From assembly GCF_037042905.1 (NCBI RefSeq), contig NC_087252.1, positions 11,534,001 through 11,598,000 on the forward strand: DNA of 64,000 nucleotides. Direction: 5' to 3'. Each line of letters starts with the position of its first letter. Position 1 is the stretch's first letter. Below, piece by piece: positions 25,800 through 39,535 of this stretch. A program made the translations under genes and the position numbers. This DNA is from Lytechinus pictus. Taxonomy: Eukaryota. Below the pieces are notes generated by a model that was given only the letters and a program-made list of their open reading frames with translations, ran no database searches and had not been told where the DNA came from.

Positions 25800-27760
25800 G
25801 TAACAAGCAAGATAAGGCTTTAAAATCTAACGTTATTGCTGTACCTGGTGTTGAACCTAATGATAAAGATCGTCAAGAGAAGACTGCTGATACCATTAAT
25901 AAGCATTTCATTAATATAGCATCAGATTTGGCGCCGTTGGATAGAAGTTGCTTACCAGCTTTCTTACCTTCTCCTTGTGTTTGCCCAGAAGTACAACCTT
26001 ATCAGGTGTATTCTATGCTAAAGAAACTAAAATGCAGTAAAGCAGGTGTAACAGATGACTTACCCCCTCGTGTAATTCGTGAATTCGCATGTGAACTAAG
26101 CCATCCTCTTTCCAATATCCTTAATACATCATTTCAACAAGGGTTAGTACCTTGGCAGTGGAAGAGAAGTCAGGTTGTTCCCATTCCCAAGTCACAACCA
26201 CCGAATATTAAAGAACTTCGACCTATGTCTCTTACATGTCAATTCGCTAAAATTGCAGAATCATTCATTACAAAATGGTTATTTGAAGATATTTCTAAAT
26301 ATATTGACATTCATCAATACGAAAACAGACAAGGTCTGTCAACTACCCATTATTTGATAAAATTATTGCATTGTGTATTGGATAACTGTGAAAAATCTAA
26401 ATCAATATCCACCATAGTTTGCACAGACTTTTCCAAAGCCTTCGATAGACTTGACCATAATATTCTGATTCGAAAATTAATTGGATTTAACGTAAGACCT
26501 TGCATAATTGAGTGGATTGTTAGTTTTTTAGAAAATCGTTCACAATCTGTTAAATATCAGGGCGTGTTGTCTCCGTATATTACAAATCATGCTGGAGTGC
26601 CGCAAGGAACGAAATTAGGCCCGATATTATTTTTGATCACGTTTAATGATGCGTGTCAGAATGATTCTTTACCGCACTTTAAATATGTTGATGATCTTAC
26701 TATAGTTGAGAATCGTTCAATACAAACTCCTTCTGTATTACAATGTCATCTAAATGCACTCGTTACCTGGTCATCTGATAATCATATGAAACTAAATCCG
26801 AATAAATGCAATGTAATCAGAGTTACTTTCTCAAAAAATCCACCATTACCTAATCTATTGCATATTGGTGACACTTCTCTGCAATATTCAGAAACTGTTA
26901 AAATACTTGGTGTTTATATTCAGTCAAACTTAAAATGGGATAAACAAATTTCAGATATTATAAAAAGGTGTAACAGAAAATTGTATATGTTCAGACTTGT
27001 CAAACAATATAAACTCCCTATGTCAGACCTTGTTCAAATTTACATTGGATATATTCGTCCAATTTTGGAGTATTGTGTACCGGTTTTCAATGGAGCACTA
27101 ACTGCTAAACAGGTTAAGGACTTAGAAAAAATACAAAAAAGGGTTTGCAAAATAATTCTTGGCTTAGATTTTATAGATTATGAAAATGCATTAACAAAAT
27201 GTGGATTAGACTGTCTTGAAAGAAGACGAAAAAGACTGTTTGGAGTTTGCTAAATCTCTTTTTAAAAACCCTTACTGTAATAACTGGCTACCAAAAAGGA
27301 AAAATGTCTCAATCTCATTAAGGAGTGTTCCAAACTTTGCTCAGTTAAAATGCAAAACAGATCGCTTTAGAATAAGTGCAATACCATATTTCATTGATTT
27401 ACTAAATTCTAAATAAATTTTTATTTTCATACCCTTGAAATCAACTCAAATTATTGCCATTGTTTTAGTCTCCATTTCAATCCAATTGATATTTGAATTT
27501 TTAATTGTCTAATATTCATCACTTTTTAAAATTGTATTTCTTTTTTTATTTTATTTTATTATTTTTAATGATTTCTTATGTACACTTGCTCTTTAAAATT
27601 TATTTATTTTCTATGTACATTGTAAATTGTTTGCTTTTATCCATGCTTTGTGAACGTTTTATTGTAAAACATGTTAATTTCAGCCTTCTGGCTTTGTATA
27701 AACATGTATTGTTTTTATACGAAATAAACCATGATTGAATTGAATTGAATTGAATTGAAT
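25800..27760 (+). mobile_element. 5'-truncated non-LTR retrotransposon (CR1/L2-group LINE), RT domain, frameshifted
   Basis: Motifs LRPMSLT, DFSKAFD, GVPQGTKLGPILF, KYVDD, LNPNKC, KILGV and IRPILEY in ORF 25745..27253. The C-terminus continues in another frame (CLEFAKSL...KTDRFRISAIPY, stop 27416). aataaa and an (ATTGA)n tail follow at about 27733-27760. No endonuclease domain is present. Confidence 0.93.
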
Positions 27761-27799
27761 ATTTAACATTTTCCCAATAGAGTCAAATGAAAACAATAC

Positions 27800-27983
27800 C
27801 TCCAAAAGTCCAGAGGCTATCGGTGTCCTCATGATAAACGGACGCATGCCCCGCCCTCTTGCTTAGTCCTCCACTGTCACCGCTAGAGATGAGGAAGGTC
27901 TCACCCCACCCTAAGTTGCTGTTTGTTGAAAGGCTGCACCCCTCCCCGACAAAGCCTGGTGAGCACGCACACTGCTGTATACC
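27800..27983 (-). CDS. MEGF8: MEGF8 exon 4 (EGF end and first kelch repeat)
   Basis: GIQQCACSPGFVGEGCSL...RAGHASVYHEDTDSLWTFG; cag|...|gtatt, phase 0/1. Confidence 0.93.
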
Positions 27984-29896
27984 CTGGATAAAAAGTAAGA
28001 AACATTGAAGGAGATTCATTTTATACTGTGACATGAATTGATATTGATTTTAAGGAGAAAAACATTCTGGATTTCAAACATGTTCATTTCATTACATTTA
28101 TGTCTAGACATTCACTAGACTGTTCTATCAATATTGTCCTTATCATTTTATATTTATCACCATGTACATTACATGTACATGTACAGTGTAGTACTCTTTA
28201 GAACTAAGACTATATTTTAGTACCTTGAAAAAAATAAATTCTTGCAGTTTTTTTACCAAATAAGACAAGAAGTCTACAGTGTACTAGTCTGCTATGCAGA
28301 CTCTGAATGGCTTGTATGGTGGGATCTCAGCGCGCGCTGCTGCTGAAAGGGCGAGCGATCTGCAGCCACAGTAGACCTGCAGACTCGTTAAATCAGCTGT
28401 GGTACACACTGCAGATGTGGGTCTACATTTGTAGACTAACAGTGTACATGTACACTGTGTACATGTGTACTGTACATAACAAATACATAAAATAATATCA
28501 CAATATTTATTGACGATTAACAAAGTTTTGAAAACTTGGGTTATGTTTACACTTATGTATTAAGGTGTGAGACATAATAGGCTAACTTGTTTCCCTTTCA
28601 TCAATACAAGTTTGTCATCGGACAAATCTTTATATCAGACAAGATTTCTTATTGGCAGGGAAGCCAATGACCTGTGTTTGACTGAGCATTCCTTTATGTA
28701 CATGTACATCTATTCATGGCAAATGTCAGATAAATCAAGACTTAAATGTTGGACTTAAGATCTTAATACAAGACCTTTGATGGAAGCTCCACATCTCAAC
28801 GGTTTGACGCAATGTACACGTACCATCAATCCCTGTTGCTAAGCACTCACTGTTTTAGTGTTTATTACCATGTCATTATCATGCAAGATCCTGTACATAT
28901 GGAGACTGTACAATCAGTACAAGGGGACGTTCACACTGATGGCATACATGTAAAAATTAGCATCATACCTCATTTCCTCTACGGCTGCTGTACGTCAAGT
29001 CCAAAACAGCCGTTTTATCAAGTTCCATTCAAACCACCGATACATTGATGTAGCTGGTACAAAAAATGTTAAAGTGGCTTTTTTCGACTCGCCGTATGGC
29101 GGCGGTAAGGGAAATGTGACCGAGGTACATGTATTGCATGTAAGCACACATGCAAGTTTATAAGCCTTCATAAATTACTTTAATATTGATGACCTCCATG
29201 TCTGGGATCTTTTCTCATTGGTGTCCACACTACAAGAGCTGGTCACCTACATGTACATCAGGGCCCCGTCTTACAAAGAATTACGATTGATCCAATCAAT
29301 CGTAACTCTATGGAAATCCATCAGTGTCATAATTTTTTTCTACAGGAAATTTGCAAAATGTCCTTTGTAAACAAAGGAGAACACAACGAAATGTCAAGAA
29401 ATCAATGAATTTATGAATATACATCATATCTAGAATTTGTTTTTATTCAACATGCATTTTATATGTTGACTTTATAGCTGGCTTTCCATAGTTGCGATTG
29501 ATCGGATCAATCGAAACTCTTTGTTAGACGGGCCCCGGGACTGACCTACATACTGTGCATGTGCCCGAATACATGTATACTTAATATATGACAGGTTGAA
29601 AAGAAAGAGTACTATATTAAAATCAACCTCCCCCCTCCCCCTGTGTACATGTATGTTGTAATCTTTCTTTTATCCAAGGTGGTACACACACAACACTAGA
29701 CAGTGTTATTCATTCTAGTGTGATGAGTTGCCACCATCACCTTTGTTTGCTATTAAAGTGTCTGGTTGTTGACACAATACATAAAGTGAAGATGAATGAA
29801 TGGGTGACTGGTACGGGATACTGTCTTGTCTGATAATGTATACTGTAGTCACTGTAACATAGCCAGTGTCTTGAAGTTTCTTGTATATTATCCTTA

Positions 29897-30342
29897 TTCA
29901 AAGATAAATGCCAGTTGTGGTAATAATCTCAAATTGAGTTTGAACAGAATGCAATGAAATTGCCACCAAAATGTTTGAATGTACATACATGTACATGTAA
30001 AACGATATGTGCCAAATAATTCTATGATAAAATGCGTAATTGCTGAGAAATCAGCAAAATAAGCATGGAATTCCATAAAATGTCGGGCATTTTTCACAGC
30101 AACATTAATACACTACCCCACATATGCTTTTCTATGTTAGTACATGTAGATATCAGAATTATCAATTTTGAGCTAAGATTTCACGATTTTACAAAGATAC
30201 TTTTTAGTGTATATAAATTTACATCAATGTACCAGATCTACATTAGATATGTATGATAATATTTTGATAATTAACCATGATTTTAATAAAAGACTTCCTT
30301 ATGAAATAATTGTTCACTGCAACTACCATCTTTTACCTTTAA
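29897..30342. mobile_element. TTAA-type (Kolobok-like) MITE; direct copy at about 31237-31647
   Basis: aaagata...ccagttgtgg start and ctgcaact...acctttaa end; the bodies of both copies align. Confidence 0.65.
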
Positions 30343-30729
30343 TAATAAGGCAGTTCTGAATGACCAAACAAACAATGTGAGTGATAACATCGTAGGCTAC
30401 ATGTATGATGTACATGTAGGCCTGCAGTTTCTTGAGCTAATATTAGGACTCTGTGATTGTGCAAACATGTCCAGACCTTTATAAAAAATATATTGTGCAA
30501 TGTACATGTACATGTACACTGTACTGAAAAAAACAGTGGGGCTTTAAATATCTTCTTCATGAAAGCAGAAAAAAGTAACTTGTGAACTGGCACTGCCACT
30601 GCATGCATCTAATATTCACTGTACGTGTACACAAGACTTCCATGAGCATGGCATGTAGACTACATGTACATACATGTACATACAATGTACATGAACATGT
30701 ACTGTACTACATGTAGCATGCACACTATG

Positions 30730-31209
30730 AGGCCATTCTCATTACGCTTTCTAAAACTAGTTTACTGGAAACCGATTCAGTAAACCAGTTTGGAATCTTG
30801 ATCGCTTTGCTAGCGTTCCCACTTGATCACACGAAAGTGATTTTCAAAATCACTTCACGTAGAGCGATCTTGTTGCTATGGAAACGCTCTCAGTGGGGTG
30901 ACATGTTTCGCTCAGAATTCGAAACTGCAGCGTAGGCATTCTACACTTTTCGTTTGGAGTAGCGCGCTCAAAATGTGCGAAGATCGCTTCTTGAAGAACG
31001 GTCGTGTCCTCACTTAATGTACGCTAAAACCAGTTTAACGAGGCAAAGCGATCTTGAAAACTACATCGCGAGGTGGTTTTCTGAACCGGTTTGGAAGATT
31101 GCTTCCAAGATCGATTTGACCGTTCTCACTACACGTTAGAACTACATGTAGTTTCCACTAAACTAGTTTCCAGTAAACTAGTTTTAAGAAGGAAGTGAGA
31201 ACAGTGTCT
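30730..31209. mobile_element. MITE, copy A' (inverted relative to 17911-18341)
   Basis: Reverse-complement match to copy A over about 400 bp. Confidence 0.8.
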
Positions 31210-33650
31210 TGTATCTACCGCCTACCTCAGTACAATTTAAAGATACCAGTTGTGGCAACAATCTCAAAATGAGTTCAAACAGAATCAAATGAAATACCAC
31301 CAAAGTGTTTGTATGTATTTAAAAAATATGTGCCAAATAGCTCTGGAAGAAAATGCGTAATTGCTGAGAAATTAGCAAAATAAGCACAGAATTCCATCAT
31401 AATGTCGGGTATTTTTATAAGCAATATTAATACACTGTCCCACATATGCTTTTCAGTGTTAGTGATCATCAGAATTATCGATTTTGAGCTAAGATTTCAT
31501 GATTTTACAAAGATAAGCTTTAATACATTAATGTACCAGATCTAGATGTATGATAATATTTTGAAAATTATAACCTTTTCAAGATTTGAAAGACTTTCTC
31601 ATGAAATAATTGTTTGCTGCAACTCCGGTCTTAAATTACCTTTTTAAACAAAAATTATCACCGGGATGAGTACTCATACAATGGGTCAACACAATGTACA
31701 TTACTGTTCCTTTCACTGTACATGTACAGTACCAAACAGAGTCCTGAACAAATGCCTTGAGTTCATACGCAAAGGAACAAATGCCTTCATACATTTACAT
31801 GTACATGTACATGGACAATTTGGACATGTGATATTAATGTGTGACAATGAGTTTGGAGGTCTTTGGATTAAGACTATCAACTTGCCAAGATCAAATTCTG
31901 AATCATCACTCATCATCACAAGTGGTTTGACTGCAGTAGACCATGGTGACAAGTCTCTTTTAACCCAATATTGCATTGTAGCATCATTCACATTGTGCAC
32001 GTACAGTTCATGTAGTACTGATTTGAATTACATGTACATGTAGCATAGGAAATAAATTGGGGCGACGGGCAATTTCACCCTCATGACAGCCCTAACCCCA
32101 AAAAACAAAATTCCTCCAAAATACATGCTCTGGGACAACCATTCCTAGTTATAGAGTAGCCCCAAAATCTGTTCAAAAATATATTCAAGATTATTATAAA
32201 AGAAATTCAATATTCTAACTGTGGCAGAAGAATGTCAGAAGACCCACTAACCAAGTGCCAATGCCCCCTCCCCCCCCCCCCCTGCCTAATGTACATATTC
32301 TCTTTCAGAGCTGTTCTCTTTTCCTTAAATTTTTCTTTAAACTAATAAAGAATTTTTAACACCCCAGCGATAATGTGTTTTTCATTTCTCCTATGCCAAA
32401 GGATATAAACAAGTTCTTGCGCCCATTCACCCTAAAATCAACCTCATAATGTGTGTAATACTTGTATCTTTTTCTGAGCTGCCCTCAATTCTTTCTTTCA
32501 AATTTTGAGATATTACAAGGCTGTAGTGTAAACACCCCCAACGAGTTGAGAATATGGTTTACAATTTCTTCTATGCTCGAGGGTGTGAACAGGGTTCTTG
32601 TGTACCCCTAGAAGAGCAGACACAGTGCACTTCCCTTCCTTGCACTTTGTACATGTTTTCCTACCTCGGACTCCGAGCTGCTCTATAAATAAATAGTTCC
32701 TGAATAGGAGACTCACATGGCTACATGTACAGACTGTAACTATCAGGCAATAGGAACGGCGCTGTACAGTCCCCTACTACCTTGTTCAACATACATAATC
32801 TAGATGTGATCATATACATGTAGTGTAGGCCAATAAAGGGATGCTCCGGGATGAAAATATTTATATGTAAATAAATAGAGTAAAACTCACAGAGCAAAAT
32901 GCTGAAAATAATCAAAATCGGATAAAGTTTAGCAACATTTTGCGAAAACAGTAACACATGTATATGCACATGGTCATGAATATTCATCAGGTGGGCTGAT
33001 GATGTCACATTCCCTTTTCAAATGCTTTTACATGAAATCATAGTTGTATAATTTTTTCATACATGTATGTGTAAATGATGTGTCTCCGTTATGATGAAAT
33101 AAGTTGCTGCAATAAATAACTAATGCAATATCAGTTGTCAATCCAATTGTTTTAATAGTTCTTGGTAGAAAAATTTTGAATAAACCTAATTTCATATAAT
33201 AAAATACAAAAGAACATCTGATTATTCATGAAGACATGCCTACATGTAGAACATTTTGCTCTGTGAATTTTACTCTATTTTAATACTGAAATATAAATAT
33301 CTTCAGCCTGGAGTATCCCTTTAACAAAAATGCCTGGTTCCTGAAAAGGTTACATACATGTAGTATGCCAAAAATATTGGGGGAAATAAATACTGTACAA
33401 TGTCTTTACCCTGAATTTTTTAGAATCTTCACAGAGCTCTACTTTGTAAATTGTACATAGACAGCACAGTCACAGGTTTTTTGTACATGTATGCTGTCCT
33501 AGTACAGTGTAGATCTACATGTACATAAAGTATGCACAAAATACATGGACATGTGTCTAGAGCTAAATGATAATAATAATCCGCTTGTACATATAGCGCT
33601 TAATACAATGCATCATTACAAGGCAATGTTGCATCACATGATCACAACAA

Positions 33651-34446
33651 TAGGGACAGTGATTTTCCGTTTCAAAAAATTGCCTTTTCCGTTTCAGAAA
33701 ATCTCAAATTCCGTTTCAGCATGTCAGAAAACGGAAATTCCGTTTCCCCATAGACTTTGTACACACGGAAAAGTGACAATTCCGTTTACACATTTACATG
33801 CACACTCGCACTGGTCAAAATTTGTATCTGCTACTGTACCAACAACACAATAAAATCCGTTCTAATCGGATCTATGCGGGTGAATAAAATATTTTAACAC
33901 ACCCATTTTGCATGCATACATCCTCACCTTTCATATTATTAGCATTATTTCACGGTGAAATGATATTTCATCGATAATTTTGGGGGTTTTTGGACATCGT
34001 TATCATCAGTCATCGTCTTTTCCCAATCCGCCATCTTGGATTTTAAGACCACGATATCGTTCTGTTACATCTTCAAACGTAGAGGGCAGCAACACACAAC
34101 TGTGTACATGTAGTTGAACGACACATGTGTGGCATGTGAAGCCCAACCCGGCCGGCCGGGTACGGGTACGGTGCGGGGTACAATCGAGTGTGCTGATGTC
34201 GAGTGCAGTCACGATGTGTGAATTGTCATGATAGTAGCGAAGTGAGATCGTGTTTTCTGGGTTTTTTTGGCCATTTAATATTCTCATTTTGTTGTGATTT
34301 TGGAGTAAATTCTGTTGCTATTCTGTGTATTTTGAGAGAAAATACGTTTTCCGTGATTTTCCGTTTGAAATGCCATTTTCCGTTTCAAAAGGCCCTTTCC
34401 GTGAATTCCGTCCGTTTTCCGCGATCGCGGAAAATCACTGTCCCTA
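33651..34446. mobile_element. ~800 bp non-autonomous DNA transposon, copy B' (inverted relative to 20182-20980)
   Basis: Same TIR; TSD caacaa/caacaa; duplicated spurious ORFs on opposite strands. Confidence 0.9.
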
Positions 34447-34662
34447 CAACAAGTCTTCTGTGCATTTCAAGCCTTAATATGCTAAAATACTTATACTGAG
34501 CCATTCATCTATTAGTCCTACAATATACAAATTAATATTCTACTTTTTATTTTGCAACATTGTCATTAGTTTTGCATTTTATAGCCTTATTCACAAATTG
34601 ATAATAACTTTGACATTCTTCGCAGTTCACTTCATCAAATAAAAAAATATATATTTTCCTAC

Positions 34663-34878
34663 CGATTGTTGGCAACTTCCTTGATTCCATTCTGAGCCGC
34701 ACTCGTACGGGCAATTGAGTCTCTCACAGCTGTCTCCATGGTAGCCAGAATAACACACACAGGAATAGTCGACACAGGTCCCATGGCCTGAACATCCATG
34801 GGGGCAGTCTTCGATGGTATACGTCGCATCGAATCCGAGTAGATTATAGTTACGATCACTGTACATATATATCAGCAT
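34663..34878 (-). CDS. MEGF8: MEGF8 exon 3 (CUB end and EGF)
   Basis: MLIYMYSDRNYNLLGFDATYTIEDCPHGCSGHGTC...CQQS; cag|...|gtagg, phase 0/0. Confidence 0.95.
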
Positions 34879-35913
34879 CTGCAACATGAGACAATAAAGT
34901 AAAGTACATGTACATGTAAACTTTACACATCATACCCATATTCTGAAGTCAGGTTTAATTTAAAACTCTGGTTTTAAGTTGTGGTTTAACTATATGGAAA
35001 GCCAAGTGTTACATAAATCTCTAACAGTAGAGGTTCAATGTTTCAGTTCTTTTGACTCCCAAAACATTATAAAATGCCTCGGAAGTATAAGTATGACAGT
35101 TGTTTTCACCATTAAAGAATTAGTAAAGAGCACGGTAAACATGAGAACATTCACTGTAAACAAAATTTTGAAACATTTGGCTTCCCATAATTTTAGCCGA
35201 GCTTAAAATAGACCATGGTCTAAGTCAAACCTGACATCCAAATATGGGCCCATGTGTCAATCATTGGTGGGGCTACATGTACAGGGGGGAAGAGATGATC
35301 ATCCCCCCCCTCCCCTCCCCAACAAAAAAAATCAGGTAATAAACTAAAAAGAGAGGGGGGAGAAGAAAAGGGAAGTGAGGAGAAATAAAAACATGAAGAA
35401 ATGAAGAAGTCCATGTATTGGCCGTGTTTTTTTTCCACTTTAGTTTAGAAAAAAATAAATAAAATGAAGTTCATCTTGCCCTCCTACATGTACATGTACC
35501 CCCAATGAAATTCATGTCCATACATGTATGTAATGGTGCAGCTCCTGGCGTCAATAAAATAACATCTTTCAAACTTCAATAAATTGAATGTTAACAGATT
35601 TTTTTACAAAACTTGTATAAATACCACAAGAGCCCCATTGTATGTAACATGTACTTGACATTTTAGTTCGTGTACCATTACAAAGAATTGTTGACAATGC
35701 GGTATCCAGGCAACGTCACAAGACAGCCAATGTATTACAAGGCTTGAATCCTCCTGTATCACTGATTACAAAATTATCAACACCTGTATAGAATATGTGC
35801 ATGTACATCAATTCAATTCTCTTTAAGATCTGGTGGGTGTTTCATAAAGCTGTTTGTATAAAGTTAAGAGCGACTTTAAGAACAACTGGTGATTCTTTCT
35901 TGTGGTGAATGGT

Positions 35914-36464
35914 CCCGGGGGGGCCACTTACATTGATGAGTGGATACCATGCGCGACCAAAAAAACACGTAAAAAGGATGTCTTTTTCACGATAGGGCAC
36001 GTTACGTACGTAACGTGATAAGGGTGTCAAAAACACAAAAATAATGAAAAAAGGGTATCTATTTCGCTAGGACAATTACGTGTTTAGGGTCGAATTTGCG
36101 GGGATGATAAAACAAAATTAAAATGTTTTATAAAGGATGTCCTTTTTGCCCCAACACTTCGTGTTTAGAGTCCAATTTGCGCGAGGTGTAGAAGGTGGGG
36201 TCGTACTAAACCAAACAAGGTAAAGCCGACGACCGAAGGACCCGTAACAATAAAACATTCCTGTACTTGTTTAGGGGTTCATTTCAGGGAATATTTGCCA
36301 ACAGTATCGTTTTGTTTCCAATACTTGTTAAGGGTAGGGTTTCACACGCCAATACTTGTTAAGGGGTGCATTTTCAGAATATGGAAATTACGTGTTTAGG
36401 GTGCTTTTCGAGACCCCATGGTCGCGCATGGTATCCACTCGTGAATGGAAGTGGCCCCCCCGGG
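35914..36464. mobile_element. MITE with CCCGGG ends and 8-bp TSD, nested in an older palindromic MITE (about 35832-36582)
   Basis: TIR cccggg..gccactt.catt..gagtggataccatgcgcgacca; TSD tgaatggt/tgaatggt. Second copy at 60489-61057, fragment near 41627-41695. Confidence 0.85.
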
Positions 36465-37573
36465 TGAATGGTGTACACCAAAATGATCAATGACGATGGT
36501 TTAGCGCATAAGAAAGGATCACCAGTCGTTCTTAAAGTTGCTCTTAACTTTAATACGAACAGCTTTATGAAATGGGCGACCGATTCCACTGTAAAATAAA
36601 TTTGAAAGGCAAATCCAAATACATGTGACGTGAACCCAACCTTGAATAATTAATCAGAGAGAGGTACATGTACATGTATTTTTGAATCCCACCAAGGCAC
36701 TAGCATAATTAGCATTGTGTATCAAGGTGTTGATTCACTATTGATCACTCTCCACCAAATGTATGCAGTATACTGTATGTACATGTATGTACAGTACATG
36801 TACATGGAGGATGCATTAGAGCCCTTTACAATTACATTAAAATTTGGCCAACTCATTTTCAATGGGTATTGCTTTTTAAAAGCAAATATTGTTTAACATT
36901 TTACCCATTGAGAATGAATTGGCCAATAGGCAAGCACTATTCAAGAGACTGCAAAATGTTGCTAGCCACTGAAATCGAAATGGCCAAACACAATAGTATT
37001 TAGGTTCTGATAGCATCCAACTTCGGAGGCAACCGATCTGTAGTGTGTGGGATCACCCATTTTTAATATTGAGTGCTCAGTACCAGATTTACTCCCTAGG
37101 CCCAAGGAGAGGAGATTGTGCAATATGTGGGCAGGCCAGAATCCAATGATCATCTTCCTTGTACATATGTAATTGCGCTTCTGAAACGTTATTAAGGCAG
37201 CATTAAAAAGCAGAACATTATATAATTGATCAGGGATGTAGTCGATTCCACATTTTGCCACCTTAGCCTTGGCCACAGCCCGAGTCATGTGGAGAAAGTC
37301 AATGGGAGATTTTCACCAACGGCCTCGTGACGTGGGCCCCGTTGCATAAAAGTTACATTGTACTATGTACATGTATGGTAACTTTGCCATTCAATGGTAA
37401 CTACCATGGTAACGCTGATCAAGAGCCAATCAGAATCAAGTATTCCATGAAAGTCACCATTGCATGGCAAAGTTACCAGAATGGTCGCTTTAATATGCGA
37501 GAGGCCCCTGGAAGTACCGGCCTCAACTACATGTACATGTACATCCCTGATCATCACAGTGAGCAGAACTTAC

Positions 37574-37737
37574 CTGGCCAGATTCAGCCATCAATGTGGA
37601 CGGAATAGAGTCACCGCTGAGGGCAGCAATCATCGGACTTTGGTGAGAGTTACCATCATAAACGCTGACAAAGTCATAGCCACATTCCGTGGCAAATTTG
37701 GAGAATGTCAACATGATCTTCATATCTGAGTTTGGTG
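37574..37737 (-). CDS. MEGF8: MEGF8 exon 2 (CUB domain)
   Basis: APNSDMKIMLTFSKFATECGYDFVSVYDGNSHQSPMIAALSG...AESGQ; tag|...|gtaag, phase 1/0. Confidence 0.95.
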
Positions 37738-38709
37738 CTAGAAAGAAACAAACAATGATTTAATTATACAGTGTAAATAATTTATAATTTTTCGACTCGA
37801 AGGCCCGTATTCTAAATTTGGGTTTTAATAATTGAAACTCCGGTCTAAAGTTGTGGTTTAAACTAGTGCTGTAGCCGAACCGAACAGAAGTTCGCCGAAC
37901 TTGGTACATGTACAAACACCTGGTTCGGTGGTTCAGTATAAAAATTCAGGCACATTAATTTTACCAAGTATTATTGAAACACACTTTAATGCAGCTGGGT
38001 CTCCATAGATAATTTTGCATACAGTATATAGCCAAACCTCGAACCAGAACAAAGTTCAGAAAAAATTGCCGAACCCTGCCGAACCAAACCGAACCCAAAC
38101 ATGCTGCCTGACTACATGTAGTTTAAGAAGAGGATCAACGTATCAGCTCATTTGACTCTCAAATCATTCTTGTCTAGGAAGGATATTAAAGTACATGTAC
38201 ATGTAGTTGTCTACACCATTAATAAAGAACTGGGAAAGAGCACATACTAAAACATAGAATTACATGTAGAAACAAACAAAATTTTGACATGTTTGGCATC
38301 TCATTTTTCTTTCTTTATTTTGACCATGGTCTATAAAGTTAAACATGCCATCAGTATACAGGCAAGAGTTAATTTCATTATTAGCCAACTATCAACTGAC
38401 GTCCATGGCTACATCAGTTTTATTATTTATCACCATCATTGATTACATTGTAGTTTCCATTCCACATCATCTGATCAAAACCGAAATACCCCACTCAGTG
38501 CATCTCTACGCCTGACTGGTCAAGTTTGACATACATGTAATATTTTACAACAGAACGATCAGGCTGCAATAAAGTGAGTGGGTGTGCACTGGAAAACTAT
38601 ACTTTCAAAGTAATGTACATGTAGTTTTCCAGTATTTTGTACAGTATTTTTAGTATTCATGTAATGCAGCTCAAGTTTAGAGCAATCCTTCCAAAAACAA
38701 CAATCACTA

Positions 38710-39535
38710 CTGTACAAGCTGTTATTTTCGGGTACAGAATTTTCCGCGAATTCCGGGTTGTTAAATTCGATCGGAAGATGTACAAAATACTTCCACAACA
38801 ATTCAGAGAAGATAAATTAGTGCAAACCATGTGCAAAACTATATTTCTCAATGACTTCATGCTGATGTGTGCTTTATACATAAATATATCCCGATAAAAA
38901 CAGTTACAAACTGTAACAAAGTGTGGAAAAAAGTGGCTTAAATTTCACTTTTTTGTACCTTTAGATCTGAAAATTCATCATGTCACGGTTTGATATGTAA
39001 GAGTAATCTTTTGAAGTTGTGTTTTGTTTATAGATTCACTTTGTAAAAAGTTGGTTTCAGTGCAAAATGTTGAATTCTGTGAACAGATTCTTACCCGGGC
39101 TCTAAAAGCTCTGGTCATGTGACTTATGAATATTAATGACTATGGAAATAGCTGCTAATACGTGTGTATATAGTCAATCAGATGACAATAAATACATTGT
39201 AATATTAGTATATTACAGTGAGTGAATAAATATCGATAGAATTATGTTAGAAAATAGTTTAGGCTCTGATTTTGTTTGAGAAATAAAAAAAGTGAAATTC
39301 TAGCTAACTTTTTGAATCACTAACTGTACTTTCTAAACCTTATTTTTTTATAAAGGTGCATATCTCAATTTTCTCACTTCACAGGATGTTTTCAATAGCA
39401 AAACTTTGATGTTGGGGACATTGGCACTGACTGATAAATATGTCAATATTTTCGCGCACTGTTAAACTCGCGGCCGATCGGCAATTCGAGAAATCAGCGA
39501 AAATAAAACCACCGCGAAAATAACAGCTTATACAC
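38710..39535. mobile_element. TA-flanked Tc1/mariner-pogo-like MITE
   Basis: ta|ctgtacaagctgttattttcg ... cgaaaataacagcttatacac|ta. Confidence 0.7.

Noticed and set aside
28285..28438. Possible Academ-like MITE with TAGTCT...AGACTA ends
   Set aside because: The inverted ends are short and imperfect and no TSD could be confirmed.
20076..34499. Duplicated ORFs (MRILN..., MQSRCVNCHD...) suggesting paralogous small genes
   Set aside because: Both lie within the two inverted copies of the same non-autonomous transposon.
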